NCBI RefSeq assembly: GCF_003918875.1
Contig: NW_025766081.1
Span: 1,178,001 to 1,242,000 of the forward strand
Length of the DNA stretch: 64,000 nucleotides
DNA from: Haliotis rubra
Taxonomy: Eukaryota
Direction: 5' to 3'
The translations under genes were made by a program, and so were the position numbers. Below the pieces are notes generated by a model. The model saw only the letters and a list, made by a program, of their open reading frames with translations, was not told where the DNA came from and searched no databases. This document shows, in pieces, positions 23,833 through 37,780 of the stretch (position 1 is the stretch's first letter; each line of letters begins with the position of its first letter).

Positions 23833-24548
23833 AACAGCGTATATGATGGGTCCACTTTTGTGAGGGCAAAGGTCAGTCATCACATGTGATTTCAACAATT
23901 TGTGAGACTCAATATTTAACACATTTAATCAACCATTATAACTGCAACACTCTCATAAGCTGCGTTAACCCAAGTCACTCATTCATTCCTATATGTTCTT
24001 AATATGACCCTTATGAACTGTGTCTTGAGTAACAAGCAGGACTGTAACGATACATCGAACTATCGATGGATTGCAATTGTTGAGTCTCCGATAGCAATTA
24101 TGGTAGAAGAGATGGTAGGAACGTAAAATTATATTTGCATGGTGAATCGATAGTATGTGTGACTATCGATAGTTTAGTTAAACTGACTTTCGTTGATAAA
24201 TTATTATATATTTTTATTAAATTATTTATGTTGTATTGTATTTTCTAATCGTTTGGGTGATGATTTGCAGCTTCAATTGGGTTTTAACTGTTTACTTGAT
24301 CTCGGTTTCAGGGTTCTTGTCAGTTATTAAATATATTTCATATAAACTATACATTCATTTGGGAAGTGACTTTAAATGGGAAATAAGTATCTCAATAGTA
24401 TTTCAATAGTTCGTCGCAATAGACTATCACTATGGCAATAGCTGTTTAATTCCCCCTCAATAATCACCCCGAGTAGCAAGGAAATAGGAAAAGGCCGTCG
24501 CCAAATCGCAGGACATCTGAAAACGAGCGTTTGTTGACCGCAAGAGCA

Positions 24549-24713
24549 CTGACTGACTGAGTTTGGTTTTACGCCGCTTTTAGCAATATTCCAGCAATAT
24601 CACGGCGGAGGACACCAGAAATGGGCTTCACTCATTGTACCCATGTGGGGATTCGAACCCGTGTCTTCGGCGTGACGAGCAACGCTTTAACCACTAGACT
24701 ACCCAAACGCCCC
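24549..24713 (-). mobile_element. tRNA-derived SINE, family A, inserted after the duplication
   Basis: TSD GACC(G/A)CAAGAG; empty site in unit 1 near 16901. Confidence 0.9.
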
Positions 24714-27700
24714 GACCACAAGAGGAAATGAAAGTAACAAGTGCAAGACACTGATAGTAGCAGGATGTCAGATTAGATTTTATTTATACCTTCCTTCTTA
24801 AGTCACAACCCTGACTGTGAAGTGTAGCAAGTTGGCGAGTAGCTAATCGCAGAATTAGGCTTACCACTGAAAGTATTCGGTATGCACAATTTGCACGTGT
24901 GCGTGTTTGTGGCATGTGTGCGTGTTTGTGGAACCTTACTGTGCTTCCGTGCGTGCGTGCGTGCGTGCGTGCGTGCGTTCGTGTCTGTCTGTACGAACCC
25001 ACGGAGATTCCGGTGCTACAGTTGATCAATCGCTGTCATTTATCGAGCACAACAAAACCCAGTTGTAAGAATGTGCATAAATAAAAGTCAGGCTTCGTCT
25101 GCTTGGAAACAAATCTAAACAAAAGAATATGTTAAAGTACTGTTCTCCTGCTCATAACAGAGTATCAAGTGAAAACATTGATTACACAATAGTTTCGTTT
25201 CCTGCTGACTGGGTTCCGTCCTATTACGCAACTTAGTACAATAGCCAGTCCAGAAGTTTGAAACCAGCTCATTCAACTGGATATATAAATATTAATCAGT
25301 ACTATTTGATACATCTAATCACTTGTATATTGCCACACAACGATCCTTCTAATCCTTGCAATCACATCGTGCAGCGTGCTCTGTCGTACAGCATGATCTG
25401 AGAAACGGAAATTTGGAAATCGTGAAAATCTCAAAACGAGGGTCGGCCGGGAGAAACGTTTGGCGGTCTGGTACGGATTTGATGTATATGAATCACACTG
25501 TACGTTACAAAAATACACTGAATAAGCGCAAAGAACACATAACAGGTGTAACCAGTGAGCCAGATGAATTGTGAATCAGTGTACGACCATTTTAAACATG
25601 CTGCCTAAACCTCGACATAAAATATAGAAATACGATTTTTTAAAACTTTAAAATTAATTTGTAAATACCATTTTCTTATGAAACAAGGAATTGGAATTCA
25701 GTGTAACCATAGTTGTTTGTAGTGTCTCTTTTCATTTTCACACGAAAAAAATCGGATCGGCTGAAAAGTAGGTCATTGAGACCATAGGTTGTATCATATG
25801 TCCCAAGGTGTTTTTCGTTTAATTTTCAGGTGAATAATATTGACTAGCTTTTGCATGTGTTTGTGACGCATGTCATCTGAAAGGCTACTCTTCCCTGATA
25901 AGATCGCTCATCTTGTATGATAGCTGGCTATTTGATACAGATTCGAAACACATGCTTACAATATAGTCGTAATCTCCTATAAATATGAAATGTTTTTTGT
26001 CGCTTTTTTTGCGCACTTATTATGTGGGGAATCAAACACCTACTATTATTTCTATGCTAATATTTGTATAGCACCAATATCCTGCTCAGCTGCTCAAAGG
26101 CGCTTTGTTTTTCCCACGATGATTGGATGTCAATCGCAACTCCCTTGGGATCACACAACTCTTGCACCCACTAGGCGTTAAAGTGACTTTCCCTTTCTTA
26201 CGAGGTACCCATTCACAGCTGGGTGGGCAAGTAGTCACAGTACTTTGTCCAAGTTTACTACACGTTGCAGTACCCGCAACTAGGTGTTTGCACGTATTCA
26301 TGTAGCCACCATCTGGTCATTTACCAACGGATTCGTGGGTTCTATTAAGCCCGCTGGATCACTAGTCCGGCGCCTTAGACAGCTCGCCCACGGCTCCCCC
26401 ACTCGGTTTTATGTAAATATCTTAGATAATTTATTGTTATTATCATCATCAATAATAAAGGATTTGAAGCTGACATTTCGTTGTTTGTGTTATAGTGAGT
26501 GAGTGAGTAAGTTTAGTTTTACGCCCCTTATAGCAATATTCCAGCAATATCATGGCGGGGGGCACCAGAAATGGGCTTCACACATTGTGCCCGGGTGTTC
26601 GGCGTGACGTGCGAACGCTTTAACCACGGTGCTACCCCACCGCCAATGTTTGTGTTACACTTGTAATAATGAACATGTGTTCATTCGGCCGCTGATTGAT
26701 CTGCTGTGAAGTCATTCGAGCAGATGTGATTTCAAGTGACGTCACCATATACCGATCTCGTCTGACGTCACTGGTATTCGGCCACTTCATGTTCAGTTCA
26801 AATCCTGCTGTTATTATTTGAGAACGAACAACGTTAATCAAATGATTCGGTCTCAAACTTTCTGTCAATGCTTTTGAAATCCTACAAAAAAAAGATATTC
26901 TAAACACGATATGGGTGACTATGTCGTGTGGTTCCCTATCTATGCAGGTACCCGTGAAGATCCGGGTTAGAGGCGACTAACTGTCAGGCTCGCCGACTCA
27001 ATTAAAAACATGTCATCGTATCCCAATTGCATAGATCGATGCTCATACTGTTGATCACTGGATTGTCTGGTTCAGGTTCGATTACTTACAGATCTCTACA
27101 ATGTAGGTGGAATATTGCTGAGTGCGGCGTTAAACAACAAACTAGCCAACCAACAAACTCAATGCATGGTTTAACTGCAGTGTCTGCTGAGATCAGATTC
27201 TAAAGTACAATGGCGTGACGACAGGATAAACATATCCTTCTCTTGCCAATCCTGACATCGACTCTTGAGAAAAACATCCTGAACATTTTAGGAACGTTCG
27301 GATGGTTAGATCTTTACATTTGAATATCCGAGATTATATCTATTGTCAACAGGATGAAACTGGAACCTGCCGATTCCGTTAATATGTTGAACACTGACGC
27401 TTTCACATACGTAGCAGTTGGCATAGATTTGCAAGCGACATTTTGAAGTATTCTCCATCGACGTGGACAACTAAAGGAACACACAAACGAATACATAAGT
27501 AAGTCTGTCATAGTGGATAGTTACATTTACATTATGTGCAGGATGAGCAGACATATTAAATGTCCGAAATCTATGGTAATGACAACATAGCTTATACCAC
27601 TTTCATAGCTCTGTGTGCGTGCTTGTGTTGTCGTCTATTGCCGGTTATATTGTGGAAACCGATTAAGATACCCTGCTCCTGATGGTCGCGTACCGATCCG

Positions 27701-28554
27701 TCGAATTTCTGATTTCAGAGTAGTCAAATGCATTCGACGGATGAGCACTGTGATCTTAGCTATTAAATAGTTATCAAAACATTGGATCATACCACAAAAA
27801 GACGCCGCAAAGGGATGTGGGATGGTTTGACTCTATTTTTGTACTTTTGTACTTATCTTTGCCTACTCATACGATACAATGAGAAATTGATGCATTAAAT
27901 ATATGTTTTGACTCTTTATTTTTGCAATTGATGCATTAAATAAAATGCATTCATACGAAGAAATATATACAAGGATATTATATCTATATCTGCATTCAAT
28001 AAAACGAAACATTATTTCCTTGACACATTTTCAGTTTGTAGGAATGTTACACACAATCACCATACTCCGAGGAAGAGTCCAACACAATCAATGTAGCCCA
28101 TTAATCCGATGGACTCTGTAGGTTTAAATCCTTTTGGCATGAGTTGATCAAATTATGAATGTGGGGTGTCCATGTCATCTGGTGGTCGAAAGTTAGTCCT
28201 GAGAATTTAGCTTCCTCTTTGAATTCAATTTATTGCTTAGTTAGGTGCAGTTTGGGGGTATAATTCTGCATTCGCTGTGTTTTGAATAGAATGCCCACGG
28301 GTTTTCTTTACGTTAATATGGAAACCCCATTTTATACTCTCCGAGTATAATGGTGTTGGGACCTATGAATTTTGATAGTATATCTAAATCATGGATAGTG
28401 ATTTTAATGGATGATTAACACTCATGCCCCATTCAGGCACGTTAAACCTGAACAAAACGTATAGGTTCGTTCCAAATGGTAAGACAGCCGATATTCAAAG
28501 TGTTTGTTGCTGGGCACGGTTTTGGTTACTACTGAATCTATTATTCTCTCTTGA

Positions 28555-28755
28555 TTGGTTAGTTGGTTTGTTGTTTAACGCCCCACTCAGCAATATTCCT
28601 GGTAAGTATATTGCGGCGGTCTGTAAATAATCGGGATACGATGACATGTGTTAACCAAGTCTGCGAGTCTGCCCCACCTGATCCCATAAGTGGCCTTTTA
28701 AGACAAGCATGGGATACTGATGATCAATGATTGTAACCCGGATCTTCACGGGTCT
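28555..28755 (-). mobile_element. Family B retroposon, degenerate (paralogue at 42209-42445)
   Basis: AACCCGGATCTTCACGGGTC is the reverse complement of the head. Confidence 0.8.
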
Positions 28756-28877
28756 ACTCTTGAGATATATTTTACATTTCGCAAACATGTCATAGGGATA
28801 TATATATTTAGCATGATATAGCTGGAATACTGTGATGTTAAATTTTAACTCCCTATCTTTGTCACGTACAGCACAAC

Positions 28878-29987
28878 ATGACGTCATGCAACATCAACCA
28901 CTCAAATTATACCGTGTCAAACGAGAACCTCTTGTTGGAGGAAAATGAAAACATGGCCAAGACTCTCATCCCTGCCATGGCGTTTGTAGGAGTCATAATG
29001 GTGATCGGATTCTTTGGGAACGCTTTAGTATGTTTCATATTCACAAGAAGGATTCCTTTGTCTGTCAACACTTTTCTTCTGGTCTTCCTCGCAGCTTTGG
29101 ACCTGGTGAACTGCACATTGGTAATGCCCTTCGAAATCATGGATATTCGCTATCATTACCTTTTTGAAAGTGACATAACATGTAAGATATTTCGCTTTTT
29201 TATGTCATTTCCCAATATCGACTCGATAATTGTTTTGTTGATCATAACAGTCGACAGATACAAACGGGTATGTAAGCCCATGTCAATTCAAATAACCATG
29301 AATGAGGCCAAGAGGCATGTTGCCATAGCAATCACTGCAGCCCTTTTCTTCTCCCTGCCAGCTTTGGTAATATATGGAAAGCGAACAGTGAAAACAAACA
29401 CATATGGACTGTGTGGACACGAGTGTACAACAAGTGACAATATGAAGGGTTCAGTGTTCCCCTTTATTTACCAGGTAGTTGGAGGAAGTGTAGTGTTGGT
29501 TATATCTGTGGCGATATGCTATATGTATATCAACGTTTGGAGAGAAATACGGAAACATAAGAAAAACATTTGTAACAACACACAATTTGTTCTTCATGAA
29601 AATTCAAGGAGAAGAAATATCTCAAGCACCAATTCAGATTTTCAGGATGAAGAAATGCCACATGAAACAAATCCAAAGCACAAATTAATCAGGGGAAAAC
29701 GCATAACCGTCATTGCTTTTACAGTGACATTTGCCTTCATACTGAGTTACCTCCCTGTTGCAGTAATCATGACGGTGCGCAGTGTTCAAACTTTGACATT
29801 TCATCCTTATGGTGTGTGGTTTGTGACGTACAACATTCTAATTCGGTCGTACTTCATCAGTTCAATGATAAACCCATTAGTGTACGGATTCATGAGCCTG
29901 AGATTTAGACAGGAATGTCTTAACCTGGTTACTTCAAAATGTTCTTTGGTAAGGAGGACACTGTCACCTGTAATGCTTTACAATTAA
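28878..29987 (+). CDS. Class A orphan GPCR, subtype A, copy 5 (369 aa)
   Basis: Intact 7TM ORF with VDRY, SYLP and NPLVY; acceptor CTTTGTCACGTACAG just upstream. Confidence 0.93.
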   Translation: MTSCNINHSNYTVSNENLLLEENENMAKTLIPAMAFVGVIMVIGFFGNALVCFIFTRRIPLSVNTFLLVFLAALDLVNCTLVMPFEIMDIRYHYLFESDITCKIFRFFMSFPNIDSIIVLLIITVDRYKRVCKPMSIQITMNEAKRHVAIAITAALFFSLPALVIYGKRTVKTNTYGLCGHECTTSDNMKGSVFPFIYQVVGGSVVLVISVAICYMYINVWREIRKHKKNICNNTQFVLHENSRRRNISSTNSDFQDEEMPHETNPKHKLIRGKRITVIAFTVTFAFILSYLPVAVIMTVRSVQTLTFHPYGVWFVTYNILIRSYFISSMINPLVYGFMSLRFRQECLNLVTSKCSLVRRTLSPVMLYN

Positions 29988-30255
29988 ATTCCTGAACACC
30001 ACATTTTGATGTAACTGTTTTGCATTTCGTAGTGCTGCTAATGATAGCTGTACAGTTATGAAAAGATGAAATGAAAAATATTAAAAGATATGTCGTAAGA
30101 CAATATGTTTCTACGAATACTTTAATTACGTATCGGTATTAACCATCTTTAAAGGTGAGTTCACAAAAGTTATAACGCTTGATAGAAGGAGAACGTAACC
30201 TCCAAACTATATCATCCACACAAAACGTAGTCTTATTGTGCTGACGTGTCAATAA

Positions 30256-33200
30256 TAATATGAAATATGGTAATAAGGTACAAAATATGTTTAGTTAAAC
30301 ACTGGTGTAAGGAAGATAACTCCGTTTTTCTTTAGCGGTATGCAAGGAGGCATGACGCCGGATAAGGGGAATAACTCTCGAGGGTTTTTGTGAAGGACGT
30401 TTGAAGGTTGTAATGGTTTCTGGAATAAAAGGCTCAACTGCACACAACTACACAATAATATTGGTAGCTCAAGATGTAAAACACTGTTCAAAAATAATAT
30501 GCACACAAATGCACACGTGGTGGAGATGCCAAAACGATCCAAATATGAGCCAAATTAAACTTGAGCATTACCACGGATTGCCAAACGAATATGGTGCTAC
30601 CTGGCTTCAGAAATTTGAAGCATGGGCGGCAATTCAGAGGTATCGTGATGATCAATACGGATCAGTTATGTTGTTGTGTCTGGAGGACGCTGCTTTCCAA
30701 TGGTTTCTGGATTTGCCTGATCATGTAAAACAAAGTAAAGACAGACATTTTTACCACTTTAATGAACACTTTGTCCGAGGTCGGAGTACATGGCTGTTGG
30801 AACAACAGTTGTGGGATCGCACGATGCTTAATGGAGAACCGCTTGAGTCTTACATAGCAGAAGTTCAACAAAAATGTTCACGTTTAAATAAGACCGAACA
30901 TAATAAACTCTCTAACTTTATCAGAGGGTTGAAACCTATCCTGCGTGGTCTTGGTTATGCAACGCAGACCTGCAACGCTCACAGATGCAGTCCAACATGC
31001 TCGATTGGTACATGAGAGTCAGGTATTGACACAGCCCAGTCATACCCAAGCATTCCAAGAGACATTTGTCATAGACGTATTGACATCAGAGGTGTCAGCT
31101 TTGAAAGATCAATTGGAGTCTCTGCCCCTTGATAAACCACCCTCCATGGCCGCCGTATCAACAACAGTATGCCAGTTATGCAGCAAAAGTGGTCATGAGG
31201 CCAGACAGTGTTACCGATACACAAGAAAGTCAAGACTGGACAAGCCACAAGGTTTCAAATGTTACCAATGTGGTGGATTCAATCATTTGGCCAAACACTG
31301 CTTGTCAGAGAGACAATCCTGTGGCAGTTCGGGTAATCATCCAAACTAGTATGCTCTAGTGACACTTCCCCGCTCGCTGGAGATTTGAAAGGAGGGGAGA
31401 GGAGGTTAAAAGGTAATTTGCGCATAGAATGTAGCATGTTGACTGTGACTGTAAATAGGTTGAAATTATTTGCATTACTGGGCAGTGGTGCAGATTTCTG
31501 TGTGATAAATGATGAGACATTTTGCTAGATTAGGAGGTTCCTTAAATAAAAGGTTTGAAAACAAGTTTATTGTGACAGCCAGCAATGAAAAGCTAAGTGT
31601 GATCGGCACAGGTTATCTTCCTCTCATAAAAGCTGGTACTGAGATCAACATTTTGTGGGATGTTGTGGTTGGTCTTAAACCTGAAATTATTCTTGGCTTT
31701 GATTTCTTGAGAGAAAATAATGTGAAAGTTGAAATTAGAAATGGCACCATGTGTATGGATCCAAGGCGGTACCTTGTTACCGACGGTAACGTTTCTGTAC
31801 CCCCATGTTCGGTAATTGTCATGGCAACACGTATCAAAGGGACATTGATGTGTTGATGGACTTGTTACCAGTTCAGATATGTTAGCTTCCACAGGTTTGC
31901 TAACAGCAAAATCACTCTCTCAAGTACATGATTCTAAAGTGTATCAAGCAGTGTGTAATTTCTCCAATGACACCATTACTATTCCAAAGGGTTCAGTGGT
32001 TGGTAAGTTTGTATGTTTGTCTCTGAAAGACATTATTTCAACAGTGGTAGGGGAAAGCGAAAATGAAATGAAATGACTTGCATACACAGGGATTGGGAAA
32101 GGCAGGGGCCATGGGCCATTGTGCACATTAGAATAAAAAATGTCCCGTTAAAATTTTGAAGTTTACTATTGATACAAGGGCAGTGGCCCATTCTGAATTC
32201 AGAAAATGGCTAATAATCCTTAAAACGGCCCATTGTCAAAGTTCTTTATCCCATTCCCTGCATACAATCAGCCATGGCTCTCAACATCCACAGACTGAAA
32301 ATTCTCAGATTGACACTAATATTTCCTCTGACCACAGAAACCAACTGTTAAACTTGAGCGATTGCTCTCAGAATATGAATCCTTTTGTTGGAGCAGACAA
32401 CAAACTTGGGTGTTGTGATCTCTTACAACACCGTATCGAGATATCACCCGATCAACCTCCCATAAGACAGCGTGCATACAAACTAAGCGCTAAATGGAAA
32501 GCAGTCATGGAACGTATGGTGGAAGATATGCTTGACCAAGGCATCATAGAGGAGTCTACTAGTCCCTGGGCAGCACCATGTCTGCTTGTAAGTAAACCAA
32601 ACAATCAATGATTTCGTTTTGCCACAGACTTTCACCTGCTGAATGATTGCACACTTTCGGATGCCCACCCGATACCCGACACTTCTGATGCTTTGGAAAG
32701 TATTGGTTTAGATAATCCCAGTTACTTCACCTCATTGGATCTTAAAAGTGGCTTCTACCAAGCTGAGATTCATCCAGACTCTCGACCATATACGGCGTGG
32801 AGGTGTCATCTTGGCTTATATCAATTTCGGCGCTTACCTATGGGACTTAAGACTAGTCCAGCTACATTTCAGAGATTAATGGAGGCTGTTTTGAGAGGAT
32901 TATCTTGGAAACATTGTCTGGTGTATTTGGACGATGTTATTATATTTCGTCACACCTTTGACGATCATCTACAACACATCAGAGTAGTGCTTGATCGCCT
33001 CCAAGCTGCTAACTTAAAACTTCATCCAGGAAAGTGCTATTTTGGTCAGTCTGAGATAAGATACCTTGGACATATTGTAAGTTCAACAGGTATATCGCAA
33101 GACCCACGCAAAGCTGTTTGAACATATCCCACACCAAAATGTTTGAAGGATTTGAGAGCATTTCTAGTTTTGTCTGGTTGTTACCGCAAATTTATTCCTG

Positions 33201-34420
33201 GATATGCAGAGACTGCAACACCGTCATATGAACTTACCAAAAAAGCTGTTGATTTCCACTGGACTTCAGATTGTAAAGCTGCTGTGGACAAACTTAAGCA
33301 ATAACTCATCACTGCACCGGTACTTGTTTACCCCATGCCATCAGTTCCATATACTGTGTATAAAGACGCAAGTTCATTCTCTATAGGTGGTGACTCAAAA
33401 TGGAGAGGAACGTGTGATTTCATATGTAGGACGTTCTTTGTCACACTCTGAGAAAAATTGTGGAATCACAGAGAAAGAATGCTTGGCATTGGTGTATTTT
33501 GTGATAGAGTTTATGTTTCAATATTGAAGTTGCAACATTTATAAGTAGGAAGTTGCCTGTTACTTTGGTACCATGTTGGAAAGATGAATGGGTTCAGTGT
33601 TTCCTATGATTATTTGAAGACCTATTGAAGCATATGGATATTACAATCCAAAGGCTATAATTACATTGTGTAGATTGTACTCACATAGAGTGAGTTTGGT
33701 ACTGGCAATCCTAACAGTCACGGATAATGGTATTTTGAATTAATGCTATTTCTAATGTCTCATCTAAAGTTCACCGAGTTAGCTATTTCTCTTACACTGT
33801 ATATGTATTGAGATTTGAATTTAATGTTTAAATAGTTTCATGTTGAAAAATTTCCAGTTTGACAATGTTTTCTGGCTTTTTAAGTCAACAACACAAATGC
33901 TGGGTATTACTGTAACTTCATGTTCACTTATTATCCCATAGTTCACTATTACTCCCTAGCTTTTAACTTGCAAGATGTCTTGATACCTATTCTGTTGTGA
34001 TACTGATCACATAACCACGGGGTGGTTATTGAAAATTATGCCATAATAATGTATATGTTCTTTAGGATACAATGTGGCCGCTTATCCTCAGGTGTTTCTA
34101 CATTATCTACTTGTTTTGAATTCATTCCAGTGGTACTCATCTTGGTGAGGAGGGGGGAGTGATATGAAATATGGTAATAAGGTACAAAATATGTTTAGTT
34201 AAACATTTGTGTGAGGGAGATAACTCCGTTGTCTTTAGCGGTATGCAAGGAGAGCATTCCGCCAGAAAAGGGGAATAACTCTCGAGGGGCTTTGTGAAGG
34301 ACGTTTGAAGGTTGTATTGTTTTCTGAAATAAAAGGCTCAACTGCACACAACTGCACAATAATATTGGTAGCTCAAGATGTAAAACACTGTTCAAAAACA
34401 ATATGCATATAGATGTTACC
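30256..34420 (+). mobile_element. Degenerate Ty3/Gypsy LTR retrotransposon, no recognisable integrase
   Basis: LTRs about 30256-30515 and 34160-34420; PBS TGGTGGAGATGCC at 30518-30530 complementary to the tRNA-Ala 3' end; PPT GAGGAGGGGGGAG before 34160; gag with two CCHC knuckles, protease relic, RT (LDLKSGFYQ, MGLKTSPATFQR, YLDD), partial RNase H; many stops and frameshifts. Confidence 0.93.
32087..32260. mobile_element. hAT-like MITE with a 6-bp TSD, nested in the Gypsy element
   Basis: TIR CAGGGATTGGGA / TCCCATTCCCTG; TSD CATACA at 32081-32086 and 32261-32266. Confidence 0.85.
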
Positions 34421-34629
34421 AAGTTTATCCATAATGATTGGACTTGAACATTCTGTTGTAAATGAGACGTGTAAGATTTTGACTTCAAACCCTTAATAAA
34501 AACAACACATATACTCTCACACCCAAAAAGACACGCATAAGCGTATTTTCACGAAATTAATCTGCTAACTTTAAAGTGAGATAACTCATGTAATTCTGGA
34601 TCAATCGCAGATGTAGCTTATAAAATGTT

Positions 34630-35050
34630 CAGTAAGTGAAAGCGTCCGTTCCCAGTTGCGCGTTTTGTTGGGGTCCCCATTAGCCCCCCAAATCTGCTCT
34701 GCATCGTCTCGACATGGACTGAATACGCCTTTGTATTCGACATTGTGGAATTCTTGTCCATTCCTCTTGCAATGTTTGCGACATTGGCCGCTGATCTAAC
34801 GTCTAGGGCGCCGGTTGACGTTCACGTACGAGTTGGCCGAGGTCATCCACAATGGCTTGAAGTGGGGTGATTTGGAAGGCAATGGAAGCACTGTAATGTT
34901 CTCATTCTGAAGTCAATGAATAGGGGGCATGTACTGTGTGAGGTCTCGTATCCTCTTGCTGGAACATACGTCTCTGTACATCATAGTAGTTAAATTGCCC
35001 TGCTGGCGCACAAAGTTACATTTCTGCGTGTGGGATTGTATTGGAATCAG
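34630..35050 (-). mobile_element. Tc1 transposase C-terminal relic
   Basis: Minus-strand translation resembles VLPLPSKSP...LQEEWTRIP...IQSMSRRC; fragmented. Confidence 0.55.
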
Positions 35051-35845
35051 TTGTTCAGAGACATTAAGTTTTATCAAGTTGAGTGCAACTCGCTGCTCAC
35101 AGTAATGTTGGTATCAAGGGGAATAACTCTAACTGGGGACGTTATGAGCGGAAGTTAACGGTTGAGAGAAAGCCGCGCGGTTTGCGTCATAAGTGATAAT
35201 TCTGAAGGTTTGTTTTACAGAAAAAGGCAGGTTAAAGTCTGTATTCGCCAGGAAAGTTTCACCTCACGTTTCAAATCACTTTAATCTAGGACTATGCTAG
35301 GTTATGCTTGAATTTCAACGCCGTTACATCTGTTTCTCATGAATGTTTCATCAAGTCGGAAGTGACTTTCGTCTATGTGTTGGAACCGTGTTGTAACAGT
35401 GGAGTTCTGGATTAAACAATTGAGACTTCGAGTTGATATTCCATGAATACGAAGAGGCTCAGCCATACACCCACATCGCAAAACAATACAGTGAAACTTT
35501 CTAAAGGAATGTGTAACATCGCGAAGTCTGTGAAATTAAGTCAAGTCAAGTAATGAGGTCAGCTCAGTGTACTATGTTGTAAAACATTCAAAGAGCTGTT
35601 CTCAAAGAAACAAAAGGCATCTATTTATACACAGTGAATTTGAACTATCATCAACATGAACATTGACACAATTAAACAAAGACTTAGCAAGACCAAGCTT
35701 GCAGTATTAATCTGTTCAAAGAGATTAATAAGCACTGCCTAGAAAAATCATGACAAAGAAATTCTTCACACTTAAATGATGGAACTGGAGAAAGCCAACA
35801 ATGATTTTCTTGACATTTATAGTGAATATAACCAGGCCATAGAAG

Positions 35846-36189
35846 GGTGAGGTGAGGTGAAATTGGGTTTAACGTCGTGCTTGAGAATATTTCGCTCATA
35901 TGACGACGTGCATGCGTGTTTATGTGTATGTGCGGCTTCTTGTACTAGCCTAGACTTAAGCTGTTTTTTTATAGTGCTAGCCCACTGAGATACCATGCCG
36001 CAGTGAAGCATGAATACACCACTCAGACACATCATACTGACTCCGAGCCGACCAGTCCTTGTTGGGCCCATTAATGCCAAGCCAGGCAGGGACCAACAAG
36101 TACCATATTTTAACGTCTTTTGGTATGACGCAGTCGGGGATCGAACCCGCGACCTTCCGCTCTCCGGGCGGACGCTCTATCCACTAGTC
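35846..36189 (-). mobile_element. V-SINE-like tRNA-derived SINE
   Basis: Minus strand: TAGTGGATAGAGCG...GGTTCGATCCC head, V-domain-like GTCATACCAAAAGACGTTAAAATATGGTAC, tail GACGTTAAACCC and (TCACC)n. Confidence 0.75.
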
Positions 36190-36329
36190 ATGGAGGATAT
36201 GACTGAACATGACTGGTGGACAGGGGTGTGGACAGAAAACTTTCCACAGAAGAGTCAGAAAGTTGGACTGGACCCAAGTTTCATATCAATCACTTAGCAG
36301 TAGTGAACCCAAAGTCACAATCAACTCCG

Positions 36330-37780
36330 GTGCGGATTGTGTTTAATTCAAGCCAGGTCGTATAAGGCATCTCTCTCAACAGCTGTCTTGCCAAAGACCC
36401 AGACTGCTACCTTAACAACCTCGTTGGACGTTTGTTAAGGTGGCGAGAAGAAGCCGTTGCCGTAGTAGGAGACATCAGGAAGATGTTCAACTCCATCTGC
36501 ATGGAATCACTTGAACAGCATTGTCATCGTTTCTCAATCGTTTCTTCTTCTCAAGTCAAGCTATGTTGATGATCTCATTGATTCATTCAGAGATATTGTA
36601 GAAGCAAAACAGATATCAGTGGAAGCGGAAAGTTTCTGGGTTCTTAAGCCCATTTACACTTTTTGCAAAGATGTACTTCAGAGAAACATTGATATTGCAA
36701 CTGGGATGGGATGAGGCACTCCCTCAAAGTCTCCAGGTGAAGTGGGTCAAGTTCTTTAAATCTATGTTCGAATCGAGGATGTGAAGTATGACAGGTGTCT
36801 ACGCCCAGATGATGCAATTGGAAGGCCAAGTCTTGTCATACTCAGCGACGGAAGGGACATTGCCTATGGATGTGCTGCTTACATTTTGTGGACTCTCAAC
36901 AATGGAAGTCACTGGTTGAGATTGATCATGTCACCTATCAACAGGATCTCAACACCACAGATTGAACTCAGTGGAGTCCTGTCCAAAAGAGCATGTGCTG
37001 TGATCAAAAAGGAAATGAGATATGACTTTCAAAGGACACTTCACTTAGTGGATTCAGAGACTGTCTTGAACATGATAAACAAAACCAGTACAAGGTTCAA
37101 AGTGTACGAAGGTGTGAGAATTGGGGAAATTCAAACTGCTTCGAATGGTGACATTTCAAATTGGGCATGGATCAGTGGTGAAGACAACATTGCTGATTGG
37201 CTTACAAGGGGTCGGTTGCCAAATCAACTCGCATCAGATTCAGAATGGTGGAACGGACCACTCATTCAATACAGACCAATTACGAACTTGGGGTTGAAGT
37301 TTGGTCTGCAACATGAAGTCGCAGTGCCAGGTGAGAAGAGAGTCTGTTCAACGACAACAGCTTTAGCACATGTGTCTTTGAGTGACTACAACCAGTTCAT
37401 TTCCATCGATAGAGTTACTTGGACTAAGCTAGGGTGAAGAATGTACTCAGGTCGAAGTCATTCAAAGGTCGCCATCACATGAATGTTACCCCAAAAGACC
37501 TCCGTGAAGCAGAAAAGGTCATCGTGAAAGATGTTCAAGCAACAATCCTTGAAGATCTACAAATAGGCAAGTCTGGTCGTTACTCAAGGCTGAATCCAGT
37601 GAAAGGAGCGGGTGACATATGGACTGTCGGCGAACGCATGAGAAGGTTCAATGGCATGACATCAGACTCGAGCATACAGACACTCCTACCTGCAAGTCAC
37701 TATGGCTCTACATGAAGAAGGTTCATGAAGCAGGACACAGGGGAAGAAACGCTACTCTTGCCAGATTCAGACCCGACACT
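36330..37780 (+). mobile_element. BEL/Pao LTR retrotransposon pol relic
   Basis: LLRWREEAVAVVGDIRKMF, YVDD, SDG...AYGCAAY, STPQIEL, VDSETVL, NIADWLTRG and WWNGP motifs with frameshifts; 35150-35840 may be its LTR/gag region (uncertain). Confidence 0.88.

Larger units (their letters stand above)
12085..28880 (+). repeat. Tandem segmental duplication of about 8 kb (unit 1 about 12.1-20.3 kb, unit 2 about 20.3-28.9 kb)
   Basis: Collinear, near-identical intergenic sequence (for example 13170-13750 vs 21340-21920, 16040-17980 vs 23830-25780, 18300-20268 vs 25780-28069) with unit-specific indels. Confidence 0.93.
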
